Assembly (NCBI RefSeq): GCF_041956535.1 | Contig: NW_027192212.1 | Coordinates: forward strand, 264,970 to 328,969 | Reading direction: 5' to 3' | Source of the DNA: Calcarisporiella thermophila CBS 279.70 | Lineage: Eukaryota > Fungi > Calcarisporiellomycota | DNA: 64,000 nucleotides | Shown: positions 24,509 to 38,039 of the stretch, piece by piece | How the letters are laid out: each line of letters opens with the position of its first letter | Position numbering within the stretch: the first letter of the stretch is position 1 | The notes under the pieces: generated by a model | What the model saw: the letters and a program-made list of their open reading frames with translations, nothing else | The model's database searches: none | What the model was told of the DNA's origin: nothing | Program-made: the position numbers and the translations under genes

Positions 24509-25546
24509 TCAGGAGCTGCTTCCTCCGGCTCCATACTTTCGCCCTAACATCCAGACTTGGAGTGTATCATATCCAGCAAGTGCACCTGCCCCCGCTATTG
24601 CCCTTAGAATATTTGCTCCAGCGCCTTTAAATAGCGATCGCATGCCTTCTCGTTCGATAATCTGTTTAAATGCCGCGTAGGACGAGGAGTATTTCACAGC
24701 TTCCCCCGAAGTCATCATCATTCTCCGGCGCACGGTATCAAAGGGGTAGGAGCACAGTCCCGCACTGATGGTGACACCCCATCCCAGCAGAAATGAAGCG
24801 AGGAAATTATTCTCCAGGGAACCAACCAACACAGCAGGCTTTAGGCTGTCATATATACCAAAATAGAGCCCTCTGTAAACAATAATTCCAACGCACGATA
24901 TGTTGAATCCGCGATAAAGCCCGAGGACTCCATCGCTCTTTAGTGTTTTACGATATACATCTAGAAGGCCATTGAACTGGCGTTCGCCACCGATCTTTTG
25001 AGCTGTCTTTGCGTCATTAGCCAACCTCGTCCGTGCAAAATCCAGCGAATATACAAATACAAGCGATGACGCGCCTGCAGCTCCTCCACTTGCTAAATTT
25101 CCTGCAAACCAGCGCCAATATCCATCCCGATTTTTATCATAACCAAACAATCTTTTGAAATAGTCTTTAAAGGCGAAGTTGAGAGCCTGGGTTGGGAAAT
25201 AACGCAAAACATTGGCCATATTTCCTCGCCAGAGGGCATATACGCCTTCGTCCTTAATGGTACGAGAAAAACACTCCCCTATCCCCTTATAAGGGTGAGA
25301 GAGGCGACCACTACGAAGCATCTCATCCTGATTTTGAATGAGGAGTTTAACACGCTCTATAGGAGCTGCTGCAGTTTTGGAGACTGCAGCAGAAACACCT
25401 CCCATAAGAAAGTCAACCACAAAGCTGAATACAAGAAATGAATGAATGAGTGAATGAGCATTTGAGAAAATGAATGCCACATCACAATAAATTTACTTTT
25501 TTGGATCTTTTGCAGAGCTCCTGTCAATCTTTAATTCGGTTGCCAT
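24509..25546 (-). CDS. Mitochondrial ADP/ATP carrier; 2 exons
   Basis: [43 protein letters not shown] and the RRRMMM signature. A short first exon starts at ATG 25546. Confidence 0.96.
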
Positions 25547-26747
25547 TTCTCCTTCTTATTATTATTATAAATTTTCGGTTTCTTTTAGAGGGGCTTTAGA
25601 AGAGCTCGAAAATATAAATCTAGAGTCAATTGTAATCCCGGTGGCCAACAAAGCCAAAACCGAAAAATTGAGGACGCCAACTGCCATTGAATCATTTGAA
25701 ATGAGCCGTCACGCCGAATGGATATAATATTTTTGATATTCTAAGAAATTCGTATTGCCGATACAATCTTGGGGTATACTGGTCAACAAAGTTTAGATAT
25801 GGCGTCACTGTTAGAGTAGTTTACTAACCTAGAGTATTGATTACACTAACTACGCTCAGGTTTAGTAAATAAAGATAGAGCGTTTTCGTTATTTGAATCG
25901 CAGCATTGGTTCTGCCTGTTATAATGATGCAAGTTCATAGTGAGCGCATTTGGGCAATATTTATCCGAAATCATACGTTAGTTACTGGAGTATTTAGCAT
26001 GATTGGCGTCTGACATATGGCTTCTACTATTCTCGAAATAGCTATGGCTGAGCTTGCATCGCCCTACCACTCTATGTCTTTCTTGACATAATTTATGGAT
26101 TCAATATGAAACAAGCTTTATCACCGATTCTATTGACATCTTCAATCTCACTTTGAATATGAATGTTTCCGAATACAAATGCTTCAGTGAATAAACAGCC
26201 CTTTGTGTATAGCAGCATAACATGATGTATATTTCGTATCACTTGAATTAAGCACAAGGCATTTTTGATTTTGCTAGTTTATAAATTAAAGCGATGATCA
26301 GTAAGGCATTAATTAATCGACTGACGTTCACTGAAGTGGTGAACCTCTACTTCATCTTTTGATTCCTCCCTTTTTCTACTTTGCACTTAATTTTGCCTAA
26401 GATTAACGATACAACCAATTAGTTGTATACATGACACGAATAAATTAATAATATCAAGACATGGAATAGTTTAATTGACAGGGCTCATTTAATAAATTGG
26501 ATATGCTATTGAATAAACCAAAGTAATTGTAAATTCAGTCATATGAATTTGAAATCTACGATAGGGGTGTAGTTGCGTGGGAGGCAAAGTTTTCGTTTAG
26601 AAACAGCAATTTCTTTCGAGGGTATTGGGATCTGAGGTTGTCCTCAGTTAAGTAGTCTAATAAACTTTTTTCTTGAAAAACAATATTTTTATCTACAATA
26701 ATGATTAAAATAACTCATGATATAATAAATATCAATAAATCTTACAG

Positions 26748-27685
26748 CTACACATATACAAAAGTGTCCTTCGACACCTCGCTCATGCTGGTACACCATG
26801 TCTTGTTAAAAATTGAGTTGTTTAGTGAGGAATATTTGAAGGGTGAGAAACTTGCATCCAGCTGCTGAACCATCCAACTGTCATACATCGTCCGAATACG
26901 TTTCGGTCTCTGTGGCTCAGCATCAACCAGAGGAGAAGAGCGATTAACGTTATTAGGCGAGAGGGGAAGGGAGAGAGATCGCTTTTTTTCTAAATTATAT
27001 GAAAATTTCTATGGTTAATATCAATATTTGTGATACTATATAAATAATAGTTATTACCTCTTGTCGGCTCCGAGGAAGGCTGTGATTCGTACTCTTCAAC
27101 AGACGCAGTGGTAAACTGCTCTTGTGGAAGTAGCTCCCTCTTGGGTAATCGCATCGGAACGTAGTGCAATTGAGGAGATTGTGATTTGGGACGTTCGTGA
27201 GTACGAGCGTGTTTCTTGAGGTCTTGCGGCCGCTTGAAGGATTTTGAGCAATGCTAAATATGAAAAAAGTTAATCAGCTTTCCGTAGACTAGTGCGTTGA
27301 TGTAGGTAAAGATAAAGATAAAGAGGAGGCAGATAAAAATTGCAATGGACACATTGTTTTGCCAAAAGTATGAGCACAATGAGGAGAAAAGTTAGAGCCT
27401 CACCTTACATGAATACGGTTTTAATGGAATGTGAACTCGCAAATGAGAAGTAATGTGATCACGCTTCGAAAAGCTTGCAACTTCGCACGAATCCCATTGG
27501 CAGGTTAGGCATAATGTCTTTCCATTGATTTTGCGCCCGACGTGCTCCTCGCATACGTGGCGATATAATGCCTCCGCGTCTTCACCGAATGCCTTGCGAC
27601 AGCCATTCCATCGGCAGAGAAGAGCAGGTTCGGGAGTCTCGCCGGCAGTCGGCGGAGCTTGGATATCATTATTCAGTTGTTCCAT
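26748..27685 (-). CDS. Short PacC/Rim101-like C2H2 zinc-finger transcription factor, 239 aa; 3 exons
   Basis: Exons 27685-27404, 27253-27058 and 26989-26748. Three fingers: [39 protein letters not shown] and [25 protein letters not shown], the PacC/Rim101 signature. Confidence 0.88.
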
Positions 27686-27752
27686 CAATGCAATTGTGAA
27701 TGAAAATAGCTAGAGAACTTCTTGTCCCCGTGAAGGTTTTAAATATATGAAT

Positions 27753-28843
27753 GCCAAGGAAAAATTAAGTGGTCGATTGCCAAGCCAGAGAACCTACCCA
27801 AGAAAATTCCGTCAAGAGCTCTTAACCTAACCTATCTAGAAACTGGTGCCTTCCTCTTGGATTTTCCATCAAAATCGGATATTCATTGGCCACAGGCGAA
27901 CACAACGACTTATATGTCCAAGCGGAGGTTGTGTCCTCTGCATAATCACCCATTAGGATATAGTTTCCATTCTACTTTTTGCAAAAAGTAGCAGCTATTT
28001 TTAAGACTTGAGCGTGGCAAGCCCTCAGTAGGTGAGTAGTACTGTGCACTTTCTTTTGAGCCGGTTGTTTTTATTTCTTGGGCTTTTGTATTCGAAACGC
28101 TCGTTAGAGATTGTCGATTAGCACTGCTATAATTTTTCCTAGCACAAAACGGTGACAAGTTTGGGATTACGACATTCATCTTGGAGATCATTTTCCAAGA
28201 TGAATCAGTGGTTCTTATCGCACATTGTACTATTTTGTCTTGGAAGTTTTTTCGATGTACTCTTACCAGCGCGAAACTCTCTAATTCTATATATGGTTGT
28301 GTTCGCCCCAGTGCTAACTGGGCCAAGGGCAACCTTGAGAGGATTCAAAAGCAATAGAGAAAAGCGTCCATTATTCAGATCGGGAAGCGCTTGGTAGTCT
28401 GAATCTGAATATCGCTGAGAGTTTGGGCCAATACGACCCAAAGGTTACATGCAGGATGAGCCACTTAATTGTCAACTCAGAATGATTCCTTCGCCACCCA
28501 AACATGTTGCTTGAAATCTTTCAAGTACTAATGAAGACAATTCGATATACCTCTGCCGTTCATGCAGGGTGATAGCAACAATAGCAACAATATTGGTGCC
28601 AAGACTGATTTTTCTTCGGCATTATCCTGTAATGGTTCACTTCATGCTGCGACTCTCAATAGGGTGATTGTTAGATGCCAGAACGTACAACAATCTATAG
28701 GCCTTAGATGCCTAACGACATATGAACTCGCGTCTGTCTCACTGAACTCTCGCCAACTGGTCTATCTCTTTTTAAAATTCTCAGTCGTGGCGATAAATAA
28801 ACATTAAATGCAGTTTCAAGAATTTGACGGGTTTCTGGCCAAG
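27753..28843 (+). promoter_or_regulatory. Five PacC consensus sites (GCCAAG) upstream of the PacC-like gene
   Basis: GCCAAG at 27753, 27779, 28322, 28598 and 28838, all on the same strand. GCCARG is the established PacC site. Confidence 0.5.
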
Positions 28844-29537
28844 TTCGAATTTCCAGAGCCATTCACAGAATAGCTCTTAAATTATTACGGCGACTTCATC
28901 TGTCATGCTCTACATGTGCCATTGACAATGGATGTTGGGAATGGAATTAAAATCCAGGAGGGTTTAGGCTATGCTGATGAAGGCAAAATCATCAGATTCA
29001 GATTTCTTGCAGTGCAAAGTAAGAGAAAATCCGTGGCATATCTCTTTTCTCCCCATCTCAGGTGCGTGAAACTACCTCAAAATAAGTCCTATCCAGCTTG
29101 GGGCAATGGCTTCTAGTGCAGTATATGAGGGGTTTTAAAGTAGTTAAGATCAGCTGAACTTTAAATTAAACCTGCCCTCAACGGTTCCTGTATGGATCTC
29201 TTGAAAAAACGAATAACGGGGAGAGATGCATTTAATAATTTATTCTTATTATATTAAGGGAAAAAGTGATTGCCTAGTCTTTAATTCTGAAAGGAATAAA
29301 TTCAGCATTTTGAATCGTATGAATTTTCTCCATTTATTATTTCTTATTATTTATGTAAAATCGTCTGTTTTCCTCCCACACAACTCCTATAATTTTCCCT
29401 CCATCTTCCTTTTTCTCTCTCTTCCAATCATCGTCTTCTCCCGTTTCTTCCACTTCATTTTATCTATTCTCTATTGATTTTCTCCCGAATTTGTAAGCTT
29501 ATTAAAAGGCTTAAATCGCGTTGTCACGCACAATCCC

Positions 29538-30587
29538 ATGTCCTCCTCCAAAGAAGCAGATCGCGACCAACGACGCCTTCCTACTCTCGATGATGTCCTT
29601 TCAAAACGCAGCAATACTCCCGTATGTCTCTATAGCTATCGCCTCTTTCTGCAACATCGCCACCATACTGTAGAGAATCTTCTCTTTTATTTGCACGTCA
29701 AAGAACACGAGCAGCTGTATCGGCGCTTTCGTCGACAGCAAAAGCGCTCACGCGCATTCAGTACAAGCGATGCAAGCACACTTGTTACTTTGACCAGTGG
29801 CGGAAAAGAGACTGAAGTTGATAAAAGAGATAGCCGTCAGACAAACCAATCGGCTGATGGTGGAGATGTGATCACGCAGCAAGAGCTACTAGAGTCGGCT
29901 GAGCGAATATATCATCGATTTATTGTCCCTGGCTCTACTCAGGAGGTAAACCTTCCTCTCCCTGTGCGTCAACGCATTCAAAACGACATAGACATCAACA
30001 AGCGCAGCGACGCTGAGATATTTGCTCCAGCAAAAGAATTTGTTTTTGCCCAGATGGAGCAGCACAGTTTCCCTGAATTCCTCAAATCGCGGTCAAGACG
30101 AAATCTGACCGTGCTACATGGGATTTTACGGCTAGCCTTAGGGCTTTTCGCACTATTTTGCGGATTCGCAGTGGCCTTGAGTCTTATATTCTTGGACCGG
30201 ATCCCGTGGTCAATGCGGTTATGGGTAGCTATTTTTCATTGATAGAATAAGGCAAAGGATTTGATATTGACATCTTCTTCATGTAGGGAATTATTCCAAT
30301 ATGGATAGGTGTATACAATATACTTGTAGGAGTAACGGAGCTTTGTCCGCTCATGGTGCTCATCGGAAACGTTAGGTGTGTTGGTTATATATATACATTC
30401 TAAAGCATATCTTTAACCCTTGTCTACTAATTCTAGCGAAATGGAGTTTTTCCGATTTGGAAAAATTAGAGAGGATAGCGTGCGTCGTCTGCTGATCCGA
30501 CGCTCGCTGCTGATTCTAATTGCCTCGATTTTTATAACGGTTGTTCTGATGGTGGTTCTTTGTGTTGTGCCTGGGAAGCGTTTATGA
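29538..30587 (+). CDS. RAX1: RGS-domain membrane protein, Rax1-like (polarity/bud-site selection); 3 exons
   Basis: RLPTLDDVL...PVCLYSY, ENLLFYL, AERIYHRFIVPGS.QEVNLP, three C-terminal TM segments, and the family-typical VPGKRL* end. Confidence 0.85.
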
Positions 30588-31163
30588 GCAATCTATTCGA
30601 AGCTGCGAAATCGCGCTCAAATACGGACCTACTATTTGCTGAATCAGGACTGAATATTAGAGAGGACGAGGAGTCCAGATTGCGAAGCGGCTGAAAGGGG
30701 CTTGAATTCTGTGGTGCATTTAATAATGCACAGGCTAACACGCTGCCATCATCCCCTCTCCTACTTTATTCTATTAAGACTGCTGGAACCTCCTTAAAAC
30801 GCTTAGCATTATATTTCGCTTATAATCCCTATGTTTGTTATTTCGCTTTATATATTTTATATATCTCGTTTCCTTCATCTCGAAAAATTGTTTGCTGGGC
30901 ATCTCTAGTGTGATACCTTCTTATTCCTTCTTATTTTCCTCCATACATAGGAGTGCTCTAGAATATCTCTATAAAAGGATACTTAATTGCTCCCGAATCC
31001 CAAATAAAACAAGCAGCCCTATTAAAGACTGCAACTCCATAGTAGTGCTTTGTAAAGTATTAAATTTATTCAATGTTGGGAACTCCAACAAACATAGTAT
31101 TCATCCCTTCTATTTATCATTACAGAGGTTAAATAGGCCTTTCAGATTCCCAGTCGATACGTT

Positions 31164-34100
31164 CTATGCTGCTTGCGCTTTTTTCTTTCCTGACATCTTT
31201 TTCTTTTTCTTCATTGTCTCGATATTGGGAGCGGATACCTTGCATTTGCCCATCATAGATGATATCAATTCCGTCTCCGGGATGCTCTTGATGAGATCAC
31301 GCTCCTGATTATTCTCATCCGAGAGATTGAGGAACAAATGTATAGCGGTGTTGACAGCTTGAATAAAGATCAAGGGTGGATTTAGTAAGAACACCGTGCG
31401 ATCCAACAAGGGAATAAATTAACGAATAGGATAGGTACCTTTGCCTTTCTTCATCGTGCCTGGAGTCAGCTTCACCTTATATTTGTATTTTTGCAGAGCG
31501 GAGTAAGGGGCACAAACCGGAACTGCGTATAGAAGTGTGTCATCTGGATGTGGAATTCCAGTGAGAGCGTCAAGGAATGACATATTCTCCTGTACAATGG
31601 TTTAACAAAAATATGAATATTAGAATTTTAAGCACGCAAGCTAAAGCTTACAGCATCCTCGGCCTCGAGAATCGGGATGTTTTCTTCCTTCATTATCCGG
31701 TGAATCTCTTGCCTATCCTGATCAGTATGAACATCGTCCAGCTATGCGTAGAACATTTGTTAAAGCAATCAAAAGCATCACTTAAATTAAAATTGATTGT
31801 ACTTGTTCATCTGTATGGCTGGCTTTATACTCCGGCGCTTCTTCTACCGCCGTCTGTGATTTTTCCGTCTCTTTTTGCTTTCCTTCATTCCTTTTTCCAT
31901 GCGGCTGCTGCTTTTGATTCTGCTTTTGTGCCATCTGCGCTTTTCGCTCTGCTTCTTTCTTAGCTTTTTTGCCTTTTGGTTGCGGCCCCTTCGAGGACTT
32001 AAGAAAAGGAACGATTAATATTTAAATAAATGAATGCGCCTTTTTCCTTTCTAAACAAGGCAAGCCTACCCCTAATAATTGCATCCTTATCTCTCTTTCT
32101 TCCTCGTCTTGGTCCGCATACTTTTCCTTCAGCTTTTTCAATTTCCCCTTCTTTCCACGTGCAACAGGCACCGGTGTTGCTTTGGACTTCTTTTCACTAT
32201 CTGTTCCAGAATGCCCAGACAAAGACGAACTCGTACGCTCTTCTTCAACTGCAATTCCTAGCCGCTGTTTCTTTTGTTGACGACGTTCTTTGGCAGACAT
32301 GTGTTTTTTCTTCTGGATATCAGAAAAAAAGACTTGTCACGATTCCTACTACAAACTAAATCCAATAATTCTCTTACCGAAGTTGAGTGCTTATCGTCCT
32401 GTTGAGGCTCTTCTTCCTCCTCTTCCAGATCATTTTGTCCGTATTCAGACAAGTTGTACTTGTCCCATGTCGATAACTCCACTTGGGTGTCAGGGAATGC
32501 GAATTCCTCGTCTTCGAAGGTATCATCCTTGGCTGAGGTTTGTGCAGTAGACTCCAACGACAGGTTTTGAAGTTGTCCAATTAGAGTTGGAGGGGTCTCC
32601 TTCTCTCCTTCCCCAATCTTACTTGTGTCTTCTTCTTTGGGTGCTATCAAATCCTCTGAATTTGCCTCTCCTTCTGCCTTATGTTCTCTCTCATCTTCAA
32701 CCCTCATTTCTTCATCTTCACTCTTCTCCTCCGGCTCTATCTCCTGTTCCTGCTCTCCGTCCCTTACTCCAAATATATCTCTGTTTTGTGGTTCTCTTAC
32801 TATTTTTTCGGGTCCTTCTCTTTCTTCGACTATTTCTTCATCACCTAAAGCAGCTAAAGTGCGTCGTTCTCCAATATGTCTAGCAATGCACGACTCATCC
32901 ACACGGAACAGGAGTCCAAAGCCGTATACAAGCTGCACTGGTGGAAGGAAATTTTTCTTTCCACGGATCATGAAACTGCCAGTGGTAAGATACTCTCCGG
33001 TGGGTGCAGTTTTTGAAACCTGGGAATAATTACCAAATAAATTATGCCATTCCAACGAAAATAGAAATCAACAAGTTGTTACCTGATCATATGTAACCCA
33101 ATATGCACTTGTAACGATTTTTGCTTCCCATGCTTTACTCTGGCATACACTCATTACACCGGCCTGGAACATCGTGCTGGGAGGAACCTCACCGCCTGAG
33201 GGATTCTTCACAATTACGCTTGCGGCACCATGCAGGTCAGCGTGTACATAGAGATCGCCCTTTCGGAAATATCTTTTCACAAGCTGCTCATTTTGCTGTG
33301 CATCACGCCCAGCAATCACAAGGTAATTTTCGCTCGAAATAAACCAGAGGAATTTCTCGAACCAGTAAGGTTTGCGAATTTTGTTAATTCGCACTGTTGT
33401 CCTTGTCTCCTTGATATCCTGGAGTACCTTACGTTGAGCGCTCTTTAAAGCCTATGCAAAGGATTGATCCATAGTTTAGTATGCAATCCTATTAAAAAAA
33501 TATTGGATTTGAATTATCTCTATTTTAATCCCACCTTTTCAGAAGCCGCAAGTGTTTTCTCCTGCTTCACTGCCGACTGCTTCTTCTGTTCATAGAATCG
33601 TCTCGCATTAGCAAAGGCCGATAATCCGATATCGATGTCCACTTTCCACGCCTCAACCACTGGCTTTTGCTTTGATTTGGATTTTTCGGCGTCTTCAGTT
33701 TCAGAATCATCAAATAATTCGTCTTCATCTGCCTCGCTCTCCTCTTGAGCATCCTGATCACTAAAAAAAAAATTGTTAATAAGCACTATATTTCAAGCTT
33801 TATGTTGAATTGAACGGATGAATAACCTTAGTAATAAAGTGATCTGATTAGTTTCCAATTTTAACCCGGATATCATCAATGCAATCGGATTGCCATTTCT
33901 TCTCTCGTTTTCTACCAGGGCCTCCAGATCAAGCCAATCCATTCCGCTTGCAATAGCGTTCCGTAAAATTAAGATGGCTGCATCCACCATGGCAAGATTG
34001 GCCTCGATTAACTGAGCTCGGCGAACGTTACTAAGCTGTGCCCCTTCAAGTGCCTTGATACGTTCTTCGTGATCCCGACGAACAGCATCGAGTTTCTTTA

Positions 34101-35524
34101 GGGCAGCATCCTCTTGTTGTCTCTGCTTTAATTCCAATTTCTGACTCTCCAGGGCAGAGAAAAATTCATCAACTGCTTCATCAAAAGATGCAAATTCTTT
34201 AGTAGGCTTCCCACTATGTTGGAGTAGAGCAAATGGATGAAATTCGTCGTAGCTTTATAAAAAAAAAACCAGTGTCAATATTGGGCAAAATTAAGGAAAA
34301 AGAAGGATAATTACGTTGTAAACTCCTTGCTCTCGCCATCCTCTAACTCATTACTACGCTTTTCGTGTTTCTTCAAAATTATATAACCCTAATAGATTGG
34401 ATGATTTCAGAGAAACCATTTATAATAATTCCAAAATCTCTGCAAAGCACTTGCCTTTTGTGTAGTTTTTCCGCAGTCCAGTATCATCCTGTCCGCTTCA
34501 AGAAATGCTTTCAACAAGGCTTCCATCTGAGGTGAATCTGTTGCAGCGAAGAACGTAAGTTTTACAAAACGAAATGAACATTTCGCATAAATATGTATAT
34601 ACCGGATGTGCTATCGATTTCAGTGGCTACCTTTGCTCCCGGATTAATATCCGCCATCAATAATACGTGCTCTACCATTGCCTGTCCATAGTCTAGACCA
34701 AAACTGAGGACTTTCTTCAGAGTGTCCTTGGGGCCTGCAGACGCAAGACAATTTTGCAATCTTCCCAGCGTTATGGGCTCAAACGTTCGTGCTACGGAAC
34801 TTACATCGTATACCTCTCCCACCGCCATTCGAGTGGATTCATTAGGCTGAACCACTCGAAGAAGCGAGAGAATCACATAATTTTCATCCGTCAAAATAAT
34901 GTTTCCCTAAATGAAAGAAAAGCTATTTAAAGAAGACACACAACAGAAGTGTACACATTCATATTATACCGCAGCATAAAATTCTGCAATGATATGGTAT
35001 CCCTTGTTTTCTCCGCCAAATTCAAAATCCACGATACGATCCACACCAAGTTGCTGAATATTAGTTAACCTACGAGTTCTAATGTGTTTACGGAGCTGTA
35101 GTTGAGTATACCGCAATGTATTAGTGAAAAGAGTAAGGGGGGTGTGGTTAAGAATCAGCTTTTACTTTTGTGCAGAAGCCCGAGGGGATCTGATTCTTTT
35201 CTCGAGCAAATTGTGTAGAATGTAAACGGATTCCTGACTCGATCAGAACCAGCTCTTTGTGCTCGGGCTAGATAAAAGGAAATAATTTAATGGTAATTAT
35301 CGTAATTATTGAATAAGATTCGAGCCCACTTTAGAAAATTTGAACAGATATGTTTTTGCGTTGATATCATATACATTTTGTAATCTTAGACCTATGATCC
35401 TACAACAAAATTAGAGATAAAGCTATTATTTAGAGCGCAATGAGAGAAATCTGGGACATGCGTACTTTTCTTTGAGACTAGCGACAGTAGCTCGAACGTC
35501 GATGGCACTAAATCGCTGCTTCAT
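31164..35524 (-). CDS. RQC2: Ribosome quality-control subunit Rqc2/NEMF (Tae2); many exons, one GC-AG intron
   Basis: [104 protein letters not shown] and [24 protein letters not shown]. Confidence 0.96.
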
Positions 35525-36018
35525 GGTAGTATTTTAGACAAACGAGTGTTGAATAGCCTTAGAGCGCGTATTGTGACTCGTGGTTTATGGATAATTTCCT
35601 GAATGGGAAATTCTGAAATGATTCAAAGAGGTTTATAACCGAAGATAAAAAGATTATAAATCAACCTAAAATGGAACGTTAGAGATACCCTAGGGTATCT
35701 GACTCGGCTCCTGCACATATACATATGAGATGAGAGTTTTTATGAAAAGCGCAGTTATTCATATATGACAAATTTTCTCGATGAATCAAGACCCCGCAAT
35801 ATGCCATATCGTCATTAACGACCTGGGTTCATGCAAAGTAGTTAAGAAGCGCTGTGTCCACTTCACAACAAATTTTCTAATCTTAGCAGTTATTAAAGCA
35901 TTTTACGAATATCTATCAAGCACCCTTGCAAGGCTATAATAAATATTTATTATCAAATTTCAAAAACCTCCATATAAAATGCAAACAAAAAATGTGTAGA
36001 CGGCTGCAGAAAATGCAT

Positions 36019-37255
36019 TTAAGCATTAATCTTTTGCTTCAAAATATCCTTGAGCTTTTCAGCATCCTCGGCAAACCTAGTATATCAAGTAATATTCAAG
36101 TTAGCAACATGCAAAAACAAATCCTTTCATATCGGTACTGACTTGCGGATGCCTTCAGAGAGCTTAGTGGTAGCCATCTCGTCCTCATTGAGAGCCCAGC
36201 GGAATTGAGGCTCATTATTAAGATAAGCGACTTTAGCGATTTGAGCGCCAGCGCGTGCTTGCTCGACACTAAGCTTAGTCTCGATGGTATGGGTGTCTTT
36301 TTGGAGTTGCTCGAGCAATGCAGGGGAGATAGTGAGGAAATCACAACCGGCAAGCTCTTCAATCTCGCCTGTGTTGCGGAAAGACGCGCCCATAACAATG
36401 GTGTTGTATCCGTGTTGCTTGTAGTAGTTGTAAATCTTAGTCACGCTGAGCACACCAGGATCCTCGTGCGAGGCATAGTTCTTTCCGGTCTTGGCCTTGT
36501 AAAAGTCGAGGATTCTGCCCACGAATGGTGAAATTAGGGTAACACCAGCCTCAGCGCAGGCAACAGCCTGTGCAAAGGAGAAGAGAAGCGTAAGGTTGCC
36601 TAGAATAGAGTGTGTCAGATCGATATATTGAACAAAAATGAAAAAAAGATATTCGTACAGTGAATGTTGTGCTTGGCCTCGAGCTCGTGGGCAGCGCTGA
36701 TTCCTTCATAAGTAGAGGCAATCTTGATCAAGATACGCTTGCGATCAATACCAGCCTCTTCGTAGAGGGCAATAAGGCGCTTAGCCTTAGCAATAGTGGC
36801 CTCCTTGTCAAAAGATAAACTTGCGTCAACTTCAGTGGAAACACGACCAGGAACGAGCTTCAGAATCTCGACACCAAAGTTGATGAGGAGCTTGTCCATG
36901 GCCCATTCGAGCTGCTCGTCAGGCGTACTGTTTTGAAAACCACGATATTTAATTATTATGATTAATTGAAAATTAAAACCTATTTCCTTACCTTCCCTTC
37001 GCCTTGCCATACGCAACAGCGTCGTCAATCAGCTTCGCATATTGAGGCTTCTGCGAAGCAGCAAGAATAAGCGAAGGGTTTGTGGTTGCATCTGTAGGCT
37101 TATATTGAGCAATGCCTGAGAGAGAAAATAACAACACGCTAAATTAGAATACTCCTAATTTTTCACAAAGAAACCTCGCGCTATTTACTCTCAAAGTCGC
37201 CAGTATCGGCAACGATGGTGGTAACTTTCTTAAGTTGCTCCAGTACAGAAGACAT
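36019..37255 (-). CDS. TAL1: Transaldolase; 5 exons
   Basis: [66 protein letters not shown] and [10 protein letters not shown]. Confidence 0.97.
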
Positions 37256-38039
37256 TATTGATGAATATATTTGAAGATTTTTGTTGGGTGAAAAGAACGG
37301 CTAAGAACAAAAATGTAGGGACCGAGAATCCGTTACAATTTTATATCTCGACCGATTATTATTCATCAGCCAGGAACACACGTGTTGACGTAGCAACGTG
37401 GGATTTCAGTGACTTAAGATGGCAATAACATGGAACCTCGAACGATTAAGTGGATTTATGCTTCCTAATCGATGCTTTCTCGTCTCAAGAACCAGCTCCC
37501 GCACTGTACCGATATCTAAAGGCGTAATCGATAGCATAAAGCCACCTTTACATGGCCTAAAGCAGACCGCTTGGTATGAAAACAACTGTTTGCCTTTTGA
37601 AAATGGCTCAGAAATACGTAGTTCTCTAGTAGTGTATCAGCACAGCAATTGGATTGTTCACAAGTTGAAATGGGAGGGTTCTTGGCCGGGTGGGATATAT
37701 TGAATGGATACAGGTCTATTAGGTGGAATTGTAATGGTCTGATACGCTTTTATCAGATTGAGAATGCACTGCGGATTTTTCGCTGTGAGAGACGCCCCAC
37801 TCAAGATACACAGGAATCTAGCACCACATTGACACAGAGGGTAATTGCATAAGACAAGCGTAACAATGAATACTGATTAAGTTTTAGATACATTTTTCCC
37901 ATCTGAATATGCTAGGCAAAGCATACCGTTCACTGTAAGCTAGTGAATTTCATAGTGTTGAAAATCAAACTCAGCTAAAAACAAGAGCCACAAAGATTGA
38001 CTACTGTGGTTTGGATATTTATGCCCCTATAATATACTC

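Noticed and set aside
27946-29477. Short ORFs between the PacC-like gene and RAX1
   Set aside because: No recognisable motifs or consistent exon chain; treated as promoter DNA.
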